A stretch of DNA of 64,000 nucleotides, taken from contig DATHVV010000063.1 of the NCBI GenBank assembly GCA_035461105.1, forward strand, positions 34,010 through 98,009, read 5' to 3'. A program made the position numbers and the translations under genes. The notes beneath the pieces were generated by a model. That model was not told where the DNA came from. It did not search any database and worked only from the letters and a program-made list of their open reading frames with translations. The DNA is from Longimicrobiales bacterium. GTDB taxonomy: Bacteria; Gemmatimonadota; Gemmatimonadetes; Longimicrobiales; RSA9. Shown in pieces: positions 29,226-37,587 of the stretch. Within the stretch, counting starts at the first letter, position 1. Each line of letters opens with the position of its first letter.

Positions 29226-30620
29226 TCACGCTTCGATGATGCCGAGCGCACCGCGTCCGCGCCACAGGCGCTGGCGCACGCGAATGGCCAGCATCAACGC
29301 GACCGCGGCGAGGCCGGCGGAGAGCCCGATCCAGACGCCGACCGGCCCGAGCGCGGTGCGGAACGCGAGCAGGTACGCCACCGGCACCCCGAGCGCCCAG
29401 TACCCGACGCCGGCGATCAGCATCGGCCCGCGCGTGTCCGCGGTACCCCGCAGCACGGAGAAGCCGGCCACCTGAGCGCCGTCGAACACCTGGAACGCGG
29501 CCGCCACCAGCAGCAGGCTCGTCCCGGTCGCCAGGATCCCGGGATCGTCGGTGTAGAGGCCGATCAGGCCGGCGGGGGCGACCACGAACGCGAGCGCACA
29601 GAGCGCCATGAACCCGACCGCGAGGAGATAGGTCGCGATCGCCGCGCGGTGGATCGCGCGCGGGCGCCGCGCGCCCACGTGCTGCCCGACCCGGATCGAG
29701 CCGGCGATACTCACGCCCAGCGCGACCATGAACGTGGTCGCGGCGATGTTGATGGTGACCTGGTGCGCGGCCAGCTCCACGGGACCGAGCCACCCCATCA
29801 TGATCGCGGCGAACGAGAACAGGCCGACCTCCAGGCCGAACTGCGCGCCGACCGGGCCGCCCACCCGCGCCATGGTGGCGAGCAGGACGCGGTCCACGTG
29901 GACGCGCACGCCGCGCAGCGGCTGCAGCTCGCGGTGCGTCAGCACCCATCCCAGCATGCCGGCGAGCATCGCCCAGCGCACCAGCGTCGTCGCCCAGCCC
30001 GTCCCCACCACCCCCATCGCGGGCACCCAGCCCGGCACGCCGTAAATGAAGATCCGGTTGGCCACGACGTTCAGCACGAGACCGCCGAACGTGAGCACCA
30101 TGGCAGGCTTCGAGCGGCCCATCCCCTCCAGGTACTGGCGCAGCACCAGAAACAGGAACAGTGGAGGGATGCCCGCCGTCAGTGCCCGCATGTACCCGCC
30201 CGCGAGCACCGTCACACCCCGGTCCTGCCCGAGCGCCCGGGTCAGCTCCTCGCCGAGCAGGCTCACGTACATCACCGGCAGGCTCAGCAGCAGCGCCAGC
30301 CAGAAGCCCTGGACCAGCACCTGCCGGCACCGCCGCAGGTCGCCCGCCCCGTACGCCTGGCTCACCAGCGGGGCCATGCCCAGGATCACCCCCGTGCATA
30401 CCAGCGTGGTGAAGGTGTGCAGCGCACTGCCCACCCCCACCGCCGCGAGCGGGCGCGCTCCCAGCGGCCCGACCATGATCGTGTCCGCCGTGCTCATCCC
30501 GACGTGGCCCAGCTGGCTCGCGACGATCGGACCGGCCAGCGCGAGCAGCGCCCGCAGCTCGTGGAGCAGGAGGCGCGCCGGCCGGCGCGGCGGGTGCGCG
30601 GTTCTCCCCGGGGAACGCAT
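29226..30620 (-). CDS. MATE family multidrug efflux transporter
   Basis: 464 aa with 12 predicted TM helices. The N-terminus is typical of NorM/DinF-like MATE pumps (LALAGPIVASQL). Confidence 0.8.
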   Translation of the reverse strand: MRSPGRTAHPPRRPARLLLHELRALLALAGPIVASQLGHVGMSTADTIMVGPLGARPLAAVGVGSALHTFTTLVCTGVILGMAPLVSQAYGAGDLRRCRQVLVQGFWLALLLSLPVMYVSLLGEELTRALGQDRGVTVLAGGYMRALTAGIPPLFLFLVLRQYLEGMGRSKPAMVLTFGGLVLNVVANRIFIYGVPGWVPAMGVVGTGWATTLVRWAMLAGMLGWVLTHRELQPLRGVRVHVDRVLLATMARVGGPVGAQFGLEVGLFSFAAIMMGWLGPVELAAHQVTINIAATTFMVALGVSIAGSIRVGQHVGARRPRAIHRAAIATYLLAVGFMALCALAFVVAPAGLIGLYTDDPGILATGTSLLLVAAAFQVFDGAQVAGFSVLRGTADTRGPMLIAGVGYWALGVPVAYLLAFRTALGPVGVWIGLSAGLAAVALMLAIRVRQRLWRGRGALGIIEA

Positions 30621-30682
30621 GACGTTACCCGGGCGCCATGTTAGATTCAGGGGCGACCGGCCTCTCCAACCCTGCTGTCCCC

Positions 30683-31264
30683 ATGACCCTGCTCTTCTGG
30701 ATCGCGCTCGTGCTCGGCGGTGGTCTCGCCCTGCTCTCCATGCTCGGCGACGTCTTCGGTGACGTTTTCGGGCATCCGGCCGAGGGCGACATCGATCATG
30801 ACGGCCTGCACATCATCTCGCTGCGCAGCGGCACCTACTTCCTGTTCGCGTTCGGCGCGGTCGGGGTGCTGCTCGACTGGGCCTGGGATGGGCGGCTCAC
30901 TCTCATGGCCATGCTGGCGGCCCTCGCCACCGGCGCAGGGGCCGCGCTGTTCAGCGCCTACGTATTCCGCTGGGTGCGCCGGACCGACAGCGGTGCCATG
31001 CCGGACGATCGCACGCTCACCGGCCTGGCCGGCGAGGTGGTGCTGCCGCTCCGGCAGGGCAGCGGCAAGATCGTGGTGCGGCGGGGCGGCCGCGAGTACG
31101 AGCTGATGGCCCGGCCGTTCGGCGAAGCGGAGAGCGCGGAGACGTGGACGAGGGTCGTCGTCGTGGACGTCGTGGACGGAACCGCCCTGGTGAGTCCGTA
31201 CGGCGAGCTGGAAACCGATCTCCTGCCACCCTCGAACCCTTCGCGTGGAGCTGCACATGAATGA
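30683..31264 (+). CDS. NfeD family membrane protein (OB-fold C-terminal domain)
   Basis: Three hydrophobic helices, then a C-terminal beta-rich soluble domain. It lies immediately upstream of, and overlapping, the flotillin gene. Confidence 0.7.
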   Translation: MTLLFWIALVLGGGLALLSMLGDVFGDVFGHPAEGDIDHDGLHIISLRSGTYFLFAFGAVGVLLDWAWDGRLTLMAMLAALATGAGAALFSAYVFRWVRRTDSGAMPDDRTLTGLAGEVVLPLRQGSGKIVVRRGGREYELMARPFGEAESAETWTRVVVVDVVDGTALVSPYGELETDLLPPSNPSRGAAHE

Positions 31265-32744
31265 GCTGGGCATGATCATCGGGGGTGTCGCCCTCGCCGT
31301 CATCTTCCTCGCGCTCTACACCATCAACCGGCTGATCATCATCGTGCCGCCGAACATGGCGGCGGCGATCACCGGCCGCGAGCGCGCGCTCGAGGACGGC
31401 TCGTCGGTCGGCTACCGCACCGTGACCGGCGGGCGCACGCTGCGCATTCCGATGCTCGAGAAGGTACAGTGGCTCTCGCTGGGCACGATCCCGCTCGAGA
31501 TCAACGTCACCGATGCCTACTCGCGCGGCAACATTCCGCTCGCGGTGCAGGCGATCGCGAACGTGAAGATCGCATCGGCGCCCGAGTCGGTCTTCAACAA
31601 CGCCGTGGAGCGACTGCTCGGCAAGGACCAGGCGGAAATCGAGCGTCTCGCGCGCGAGACGCTCACCGGCAACCTGCGCGGCGTGCTCGCCAAGCTCACC
31701 CCGGAAGAGGTGAACGAGGACCGGCTCGGCTTCGCGCGGCACCTCTCCGAGGAGGCGGATCACGACCTGAAGAAGCTCGGCCTGCAGCTCGACGTGCTGA
31801 AGATCCAGCACGTGAGCGACAAGGTGGGCTACCTGCAGGCGATCGGCGAGAAGGCGACGGCCGAAGCGCTGCGTGATGCCGAGATCGCGAAGGCGGATGC
31901 GCTCGCCGAGACGCGCCAGAAGCAGGCCGAGGCGAAGCAGCGTGCGGAGGTCGCTTCCGCGTACGCGGAAGCGGAGATCAAGAAGCAGCAGGCGGAGGCG
32001 CGTCGCCTGGCCGCCGTGGCGGAGGCCCAGGCGGAGGCGAACATCAAGCAGGAGCAGGCGGGCGCGCGCCGGCTCGCCGAGATCGCCGATGCCGAGGCCG
32101 GGGCGCAGATCAAGCAGCAGCAGGCGGCGGCCCGCAAGCTGGCCGAGGTGGCCCAGGCGCAGGCGGACGTGAGCATCTCCGAGGCGAAGAACGTCCTGCG
32201 CGTGCGCCAGGCCGAGCTGAACCGCGAGGCGGAGACGGCGGAGAAGGTGGCGCGCGCTTCCGCCGAGCGTGCCGAGGCCGAGGCGAAGACCGAGACCGAG
32301 CTGCAGCGCGTCGAGCTGGAGAAGACTCGCCTGCAGGCCGACGTGGTGCAGCCGGCCGAGGCCGCACGCCTGGCCGCCGAGGCCGATGCCCGCGCGATCG
32401 CCGCGCCCATCCTGGAGAAGGGTCGCGCCCAGGCCGCCGTGCTCAACCTGCTCTACGAGCAGATCCAGCAGGGCGGCGCCGCGGGGCTGCAGGTCTTCCT
32501 CGCGGAAAAGCTGCCGGCACTGCTGGGCGTCACCGTCGATGCCATGAAGGACATCAGCATTGACCGGCTCACCGTGATCGACAGCGGCGATGGGAAGGGC
32601 GTCGCGAACGCGGCGACCCAGAAGGTGAACGCGTCCCTCGCCGCGCTCGAGCAGGTCGCCGGCGCCATGGGGCTGGACCTGGAGGACTTCCTGCAGCGGC
32701 TCAAGCGGACGAGTCTGCCGGCAGAAACGACGGTCAAGCTGTAG
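31257..32744 (+). CDS. Flotillin-like SPFH/band-7 protein
   Basis: N-terminal TM helix, SPFH domain, then a long EA-repeat coiled coil (AEAKQRAEVASAYAEAEIKKQQAEARRLA...). This is a typical FloT/YuaG architecture. Confidence 0.85.
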   Translation: MNELGMIIGGVALAVIFLALYTINRLIIIVPPNMAAAITGRERALEDGSSVGYRTVTGGRTLRIPMLEKVQWLSLGTIPLEINVTDAYSRGNIPLAVQAIANVKIASAPESVFNNAVERLLGKDQAEIERLARETLTGNLRGVLAKLTPEEVNEDRLGFARHLSEEADHDLKKLGLQLDVLKIQHVSDKVGYLQAIGEKATAEALRDAEIAKADALAETRQKQAEAKQRAEVASAYAEAEIKKQQAEARRLAAVAEAQAEANIKQEQAGARRLAEIADAEAGAQIKQQQAAARKLAEVAQAQADVSISEAKNVLRVRQAELNREAETAEKVARASAERAEAEAKTETELQRVELEKTRLQADVVQPAEAARLAAEADARAIAAPILEKGRAQAAVLNLLYEQIQQGGAAGLQVFLAEKLPALLGVTVDAMKDISIDRLTVIDSGDGKGVANAATQKVNASLAALEQVAGAMGLDLEDFLQRLKRTSLPAETTVKL

Positions 32745-32835
32745 GGGAGGGGCGAGGGCGAGGGCGAGGGGGTGGAGGGAATCTCGCTCTCTGCCCTTCT
32801 CTCGCCCTCGTCCTAGCCACCGCCCTCCCCTTCCG
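32745..32835. repeat. G-arm/C-arm inverted repeat with (GGGCGA)3 tandem units, directly after the flotillin stop
   Basis: GGGGAGGGGCGAGGGCGAGGGCGAGGGGGTGGAGGGA ... CCCTTCTCTCGCCCTCGTCCTAGCCACCGCCCTCCCCTTCC. The C-arm overlaps the 3' end of the convergent dtxR-like gene. Confidence 0.6.
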
Positions 32836-33481
32836 GCTCGACTCGCACCTTCCCCGCCAGCCCGGTACCGATCGCGCACTCGCTCTGGCCGACGCGGAGC
32901 CGTACCGGCCCACTGAAGGGTGCGCGCTCCAGCACGCACACGCGCGCTCCCGGCACCAGCTCCAGCTCCGCGAAATAGCGCAGCGCCTCGGCGTCCTCGT
33001 CCGGTACCCGGCGCAGCACGGCGGGCTGGCCGATCTCGATATCAAGCAGCGTGGGCAGCTCGACCTCGTGCAGCTCCCCGCCGGCGGTCGGGATCGGGGC
33101 GCCGTGCGGGTCCTCGTCGGGCTCGCCGAGCACGCGTGCCATGCGGTCGATCAGCTCCGCGGACACCGCGTGCTCGAGACGTTCCGCCTCGTCGTGCACG
33201 CAGTCCCACGAGTAGCCGAGCACCCGCACGAGAAACAGCTCGAGCACGCGGTGGTGGCGGATCGTGCGCACCGCGGTGGCGTCGCCCGCGGCGGTGAGGC
33301 GCGCGCCGTAATAGCGGGTATGCTCGACGAGACCCTGCTCGGCGAGCCGTTTCAGCATGCCGGTCACCGAACCGGGCGCGACCCCGAGCCGCTCGGCGAG
33401 CGCCGAGGTGCTGACCGGCGCGCCCTGGCCCGACAGCTGGTGGATCGCCTTGAGGTAGTCCTCGACCGCGGGGGTGGTCAT
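32813..33481 (-). CDS. DtxR/MntR family metal-dependent transcriptional repressor with C-terminal FeoA/SH3-like domain
   Basis: Start MTTPAVEDYLKAIHQL, with an HTH (STSALAERLGVAPGSVTGMLKRL). Metal-site residues are in DtxR-like positions and the C-terminal domain is SH3-like. Its start overlaps the permease stop by 4 nt. Confidence 0.85.
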   Translation of the reverse strand: MTTPAVEDYLKAIHQLSGQGAPVSTSALAERLGVAPGSVTGMLKRLAEQGLVEHTRYYGARLTAAGDATAVRTIRHHRVLELFLVRVLGYSWDCVHDEAERLEHAVSAELIDRMARVLGEPDEDPHGAPIPTAGGELHEVELPTLLDIEIGQPAVLRRVPDEDAEALRYFAELELVPGARVCVLERAPFSGPVRLRVGQSECAIGTGLAGKVRVEPEGEGGG

Positions 33482-34635
33482 GCCTCCTGCCACTCCATCC
33501 TGCCCCCGTTCGTGCCGGGCGACGTCTCACCCAGGGTGCGCACCGCGGCGGCGCGTCCCCGTGGCGTCAACCGCAGAACGCCGTCGGCGCCCCGCTCGAT
33601 CCAGCCCTCGCGCGCGGCGCCGCGCACCACGCGTCGCGCGAACTCCGGTGTCCAGCGCAGGTGCTCGCCGAGGTGGCTCTCCCGGCTCTCGGGCACGGCC
33701 GCGGCCGTGCCCTCGTGCTGCAGCAGGTGAATGGTAAGCATGAGCTGTGCGAAGTCCACGCGCTGGCGGCGGCGCCGGTGGGCGAGGGCGAGCAGTCCGC
33801 GCTCGCGCCCGAACAGCAGCGCCGTCATGAAGATGACGCCCGCGGCTGCGGCCATGCAGCCCGCGATCGAGGCATCGACCCACCACGCGATCCAGAACCC
33901 GCCCAGCGCCGCCACCGCGGCGAGCCCGGCCGAGAGCAGCAGCACGACCGCGAGCCGATCGGAGAGCAGGTAGGCGGCGGCCGGGGGCGCGATCATGAGC
34001 GCCACCACCAGGATCGAGCCGACCGCGTCGAAAGCACCCACCGCGGTGATCGAGACCAGGCCCATGAACGCGTAATGCAGCAGCACCGGCGAGAATCCGA
34101 GCGCGGCGGCCAGCGCGGGATCGAACGTGGAGAGCTTGAGCTCCTTGTAGAACGCCACGATCACGACCAGCTCGAGCACGAGGATCCCGCCCATGACGTA
34201 GAGCGTGCGCGGCCCGAGATCGATGCCCCCGACCTCGAGCCGGCGGAAGGGCGCGAACGCGATCTCGCCGAGCAGCACCGCGTCCGTGTCCAGGTGCACG
34301 TTGCCGGCGTAGCGGGCGATCAGCAGCACCGCGATGCTGAAGAGGGCGGGGAAGACCAGCCCGATGGAGGTATCCTCGCGCACCAGCCCGGTCCGGCGCA
34401 GCGCCTCGACGAGCGCGACCGTGAGCACCCCGGTCGCGGCCGCGCCCAGCATGAGCAGCGGCGAGGCCATGTTCCGGGTAAGAAAGAACGCGAGCACGAT
34501 GCCGAGCAGCACCGTGTGGCTGATCGCATCGCTCATGAGCGACATGCGGCGCAGCACCAGGAACACGCCCGGCAGCGCGCACGCCACCGCGACCACCACC
34601 GCGACCAGCTGGATCTCCAGCGCGATGCTCAGCAT
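33478..34635 (-). CDS. ABC-3 family metal (Mn/Zn/Fe) ABC transporter permease with about 100-aa C-terminal extension
   Basis: TroD/MntB-like 8-TM core (ISHTVLLGIVLAF...), then an RRRRQR-initiated hydrophilic C-terminal domain not found in minimal family members. Confidence 0.8.
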   Translation of the reverse strand: MLSIALEIQLVAVVVAVACALPGVFLVLRRMSLMSDAISHTVLLGIVLAFFLTRNMASPLLMLGAAATGVLTVALVEALRRTGLVREDTSIGLVFPALFSIAVLLIARYAGNVHLDTDAVLLGEIAFAPFRRLEVGGIDLGPRTLYVMGGILVLELVVIVAFYKELKLSTFDPALAAALGFSPVLLHYAFMGLVSITAVGAFDAVGSILVVALMIAPPAAAYLLSDRLAVVLLLSAGLAAVAALGGFWIAWWVDASIAGCMAAAAGVIFMTALLFGRERGLLALAHRRRRQRVDFAQLMLTIHLLQHEGTAAAVPESRESHLGEHLRWTPEFARRVVRGAAREGWIERGADGVLRLTPRGRAAAVRTLGETSPGTNGGRMEWQEA

Positions 34636-35750
34636 CAGGCGCCGCCCGTCCGGTCGCGCTCGACCTGCGCCCGGCCGCTCGCCGTGATGTGCCAGCGACC
34701 CTGCTCGTCGCTGCGGGCCAACTCGTCCTCGGCCAGCTGGGCCAGCGCCCGCCGCACCACCGAGCGGCCGCGCAGCGCGTCCAGCACACCCACCTCGTGA
34801 CCGTGCACGGCCGCACCGTGCTGCCGGGCGAGCGCGTACAGGTCATCGAGCACCGCCTCGGCACCGACCGCGTGCCGCTGCCGGCGTCGCCGCAGCGCCG
34901 CCCAGACCAGGCCGCGCTCGGGAGCGAGCGTGAACGAGAGCGCGACCACGGTGGTGGCCGCGAGCACGATCATGGGCCCGGTCGGGATGTGGCTGCCGGT
35001 CGCGCTGATCACCGCGCCCGTCACACCCGCGATCGCGCCGAACAGCGCCGCCAGCAGCACCATGATCGTGAGCGAGTTGGTCCACTGCCGCGCCGCCGCC
35101 GCCGGCGCGATCACCATCGCGCTCATCAGCACCACGCCCACGGTCTGCAGTCCGATCACGATCGCCAGCACCAGCGCGCTGGTGAGCAGCACATCCAGCA
35201 CCCGCACCGGAAAGCCCAGCGTGGCCGCGAAGTCGCGATCGAAGCTGAGCAGCTTGAACTCCTTCCAGAACAACGCCACGCAACCCAGCGCCAGCGCGCC
35301 CAGCAGCGCGATCGTGATCACGTCGCGCTCCAGCAGCGTGGCGGCCTGACCGAACAGGAAGCGGTCCAGGCCCGCCTGCGACGCGGTCGGCCGGCGCTGC
35401 ACGAACGTCAGCAGCACCAGCCCCACGCCGAAGAACACCGACAGCACGATGCCGAGCGCCGCGTCCTCCGGCACGCGCGTCGAGCGCACCACCAGCATCA
35501 CCAGCAGCGTGCCCAGCCAGCCGGCGATCGCCGCGCCCAGCACCAGCACCAGCGTCGCCTTCGAGCCGGTCAGCGCGAAGGCCAGCACGATGCCGGGCAG
35601 CGCCGCGTGCGAGATCGCATCACCCAGCAGGCTCTGGCGGCGCAGCACCGCGAAGGTACCGAGCACGCCGCTCACGATGCCCAGCGCCGCGGTGCCGAGC
35701 GCCACCGTGCGCAGCGTGTAGTCGAAGAACAGATCCTGGAAGACGCTCAT
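34635..35750 (-). CDS. ABC-3 family metal ABC transporter permease (second subunit) with about 100-aa C-terminal extension
   Basis: Start [15 protein letters not shown] overlaps the ATPase stop (ATGA). The core is TroC/MntB-like ([13 protein letters not shown]). The C-terminal RRRRQR plus helix-rich tail parallels the neighbouring permease. Confidence 0.8.
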   Translation of the reverse strand: MSVFQDLFFDYTLRTVALGTAALGIVSGVLGTFAVLRRQSLLGDAISHAALPGIVLAFALTGSKATLVLVLGAAIAGWLGTLLVMLVVRSTRVPEDAALGIVLSVFFGVGLVLLTFVQRRPTASQAGLDRFLFGQAATLLERDVITIALLGALALGCVALFWKEFKLLSFDRDFAATLGFPVRVLDVLLTSALVLAIVIGLQTVGVVLMSAMVIAPAAAARQWTNSLTIMVLLAALFGAIAGVTGAVISATGSHIPTGPMIVLAATTVVALSFTLAPERGLVWAALRRRRQRHAVGAEAVLDDLYALARQHGAAVHGHEVGVLDALRGRSVVRRALAQLAEDELARSDEQGRWHITASGRAQVERDRTGGA

Positions 35751-36550
35751 CCGAGCGCTCGCACATCGCCCGGCGAAGGACTCGCGTAGAACGGGACGCG
35801 CCCGCCGTAGGTGTGACGGAGGTTGTCCTCGGTGAATACGTCGGCTACCGGACCCACCGCGATGCGGCGTACGTTCAGCAGCGTGACCCAGTCGAAGTAC
35901 TCGGGCACGGTTTGCAGGGCATGATGTACTACCACCACCGTGTCCCCCGCCGCGCGCAGCTGCTGCAGCACCGTCACGATCGCGCGCTCCGTCTTCGCGT
36001 CCACGCCCTGGAACGGCTCGTCCATCAGGTACACGCGCGCATCCTGCACCAGCGCCCGTGCCAGGAACACACGCTGCTGCTGCCCGCCCGAGAGCTGGCT
36101 GATCTGACGGCCCGCATAATCCACCATATCTACCTGCGCCAGCGCCGCGAGCGCCTGCTCCCGCTCGCGCCGCCCCGGACGCCGCAGCCAACCGAGCGCG
36201 CCATAGCGGCCCATGGTGACCACGTCCAGCACCGATGTCGGGAAATCCCAGTCCACACTGCCGCGCTGCGGCACGTACGCGACCAGCCGCCGGTTCTCCG
36301 CGTAGGGTCGACCGTGCACCAGCACCTGTCCGGCCGCGGCGCGTACCAGGCCCAGGATCGCCTTGATGAGCGTGCTCTTGCCTGCGCCATTGGGGCCGAC
36401 GATCGCCATCAGCACGCCCGCCGGTACCGTCAGGTCGATGTCCCACAGCACCGGATGCTCCCGGTACGCCACCGTCAGGTCGTTCACCTCGATGGCCGGC
36501 GTCGCTCCATTCGCCTTCGGACCCCGGCCCGAGCCCCGCTCCTCACCCAC
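35747..36550 (-). CDS. Metal ABC transporter ATP-binding protein (ABC-3 type, MntA/ZnuC-like)
   Basis: Walker [10 protein letters not shown], signature LSGGQQQR and Walker B LMDEP. Length is 267 aa. Confidence 0.85.
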   Translation of the reverse strand: MGEERGSGRGPKANGATPAIEVNDLTVAYREHPVLWDIDLTVPAGVLMAIVGPNGAGKSTLIKAILGLVRAAAGQVLVHGRPYAENRRLVAYVPQRGSVDWDFPTSVLDVVTMGRYGALGWLRRPGRREREQALAALAQVDMVDYAGRQISQLSGGQQQRVFLARALVQDARVYLMDEPFQGVDAKTERAIVTVLQQLRAAGDTVVVVHHALQTVPEYFDWVTLLNVRRIAVGPVADVFTEDNLRHTYGGRVPFYASPSPGDVRALG

Positions 36551-37538
36551 GTCGCCTCCCGCGCTCCGCCCGACGCTCCGCGACCACCGGCGCGCTCAGC
36601 GCATCCACGATCGTGTTCACGTTGTGTCTCACCATGCCGACGTACGTGCCCTCCGGTGTGCCCCCATCGCCCATCGCGTCCGAGAACAGCGAGCCGCCGA
36701 TCCGTACCTGGAAGCCGCGCGCACGCACCGCCGCCTGCAAAGCCTCCACGGTGCGCCGCGGGATCGAGGTTTCCACGAATATGGCCGGGATGCGACGTCG
36801 CGTGATCTCGTCCGCGAGCCGCTGCATGTCCGCCGTGCCCGCCTCGCTCGCCGTGCTGATGCCCTGCAGTCCGCGGACCTCGAAGCCGTAGGCCCGGCCG
36901 AAGTAGTGGAACGCATCGTGGGCCGTCACGAGCACGCGCCGCTCGGGTGGAACCTCCGACGCACGCTCGCGCACCCACGCATCCAGCTCCGCCAGCTCGG
37001 CGCGGTACGCCTCGGCACGCGCGCGGTACTCGGCAGCGTACGCCGGATCCAGCTCACCCAGCGTCGTCGCGATCGTGCTCGCCGCGCGCGACCAGAGCGC
37101 CACGTCGAACCAGACGTGCGGGTCGTACGATCCCTGGAACTCGGGCGGCGAGGAGAGCTGCTGCCGATCGATGCCGTCCGTCACCGCCCGCGTCGGACGC
37201 CACCGGTTCATCTCCTCCAGCACCTCGCCCATGGCCGCTTCCAGGTGCAGACCGTTGTAGAACACCAGGTCCGCGGCGGCGAGACGGCGCACATCGCCGG
37301 CGCTCGCCTTGTACAGGTGCGGGTCCACGCCCGGACCCATGAGCCCAGTCACTTCCACGCGCGATCCCCCGACCTGCTGCACCACGTCCGCGATCATCCC
37401 GATCGTGGCCACCACGCGCAACGGCCCCGGCCGGCGGGTCTCGACGTCCCGCCGCGCGCACCCGGTCCCGAGCAGCACCAGCGCGAGGGCCAGGCTGGCA
37501 GCGATTCTCACCATGCGAGTCGGAAACCTCTTGCTCAT
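36543..37538 (-). CDS. Metal ABC transporter substrate-binding lipoprotein (cluster A-I, MntC/PsaA/ZnuA-like)
   Basis: Signal peptide plus lipobox (LLGTGC). It has the conserved His/Asp metal-binding scaffold ([14 protein letters not shown]). Its 3' end overlaps the ATPase start by 8 nt. Confidence 0.8.
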   Translation of the reverse strand: MSKRFPTRMVRIAASLALALVLLGTGCARRDVETRRPGPLRVVATIGMIADVVQQVGGSRVEVTGLMGPGVDPHLYKASAGDVRRLAAADLVFYNGLHLEAAMGEVLEEMNRWRPTRAVTDGIDRQQLSSPPEFQGSYDPHVWFDVALWSRAASTIATTLGELDPAYAAEYRARAEAYRAELAELDAWVRERASEVPPERRVLVTAHDAFHYFGRAYGFEVRGLQGISTASEAGTADMQRLADEITRRRIPAIFVETSIPRRTVEALQAAVRARGFQVRIGGSLFSDAMGDGGTPEGTYVGMVRHNVNTIVDALSAPVVAERRAERGRRRG

Positions 37539-37562
37539 TTCTTAGGCCAAGCTAAACTTTGG
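37538..37562. promoter_or_regulatory. Putative DtxR-family operator in the divergent promoter between the metal ABC operon and the TonB-dependent receptor
   Basis: TTTCTTAGGCCAAGCTAAACTTT is an imperfect palindrome (TTAG-N6-CTAA) resembling the TTAGG...CCTAA halves of DtxR/IdeR boxes. It is an unusually AT-rich patch in a 49-nt intergenic gap. Confidence 0.35.
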
Positions 37563-37587
37563 TTTTGGATCACGTCAAGGAGACGAT

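Noticed and set aside
28102-30399. Single 765-aa ORF covering the lldD and MATE regions
   Set aside because: The N-terminal 400 aa is the wrong frame of the MATE gene, which has a clean 12-TM translation in frame 29226-30620. It was split into the LldD-like gene (28102-29205) plus the MATE gene.
34635-36446. 603-aa minus ORF
   Set aside because: Its N-terminal 230 aa is the alternate frame of the ABC ATPase gene. The real permease starts at the internal ATG (35750), which overlaps the ATPase stop.
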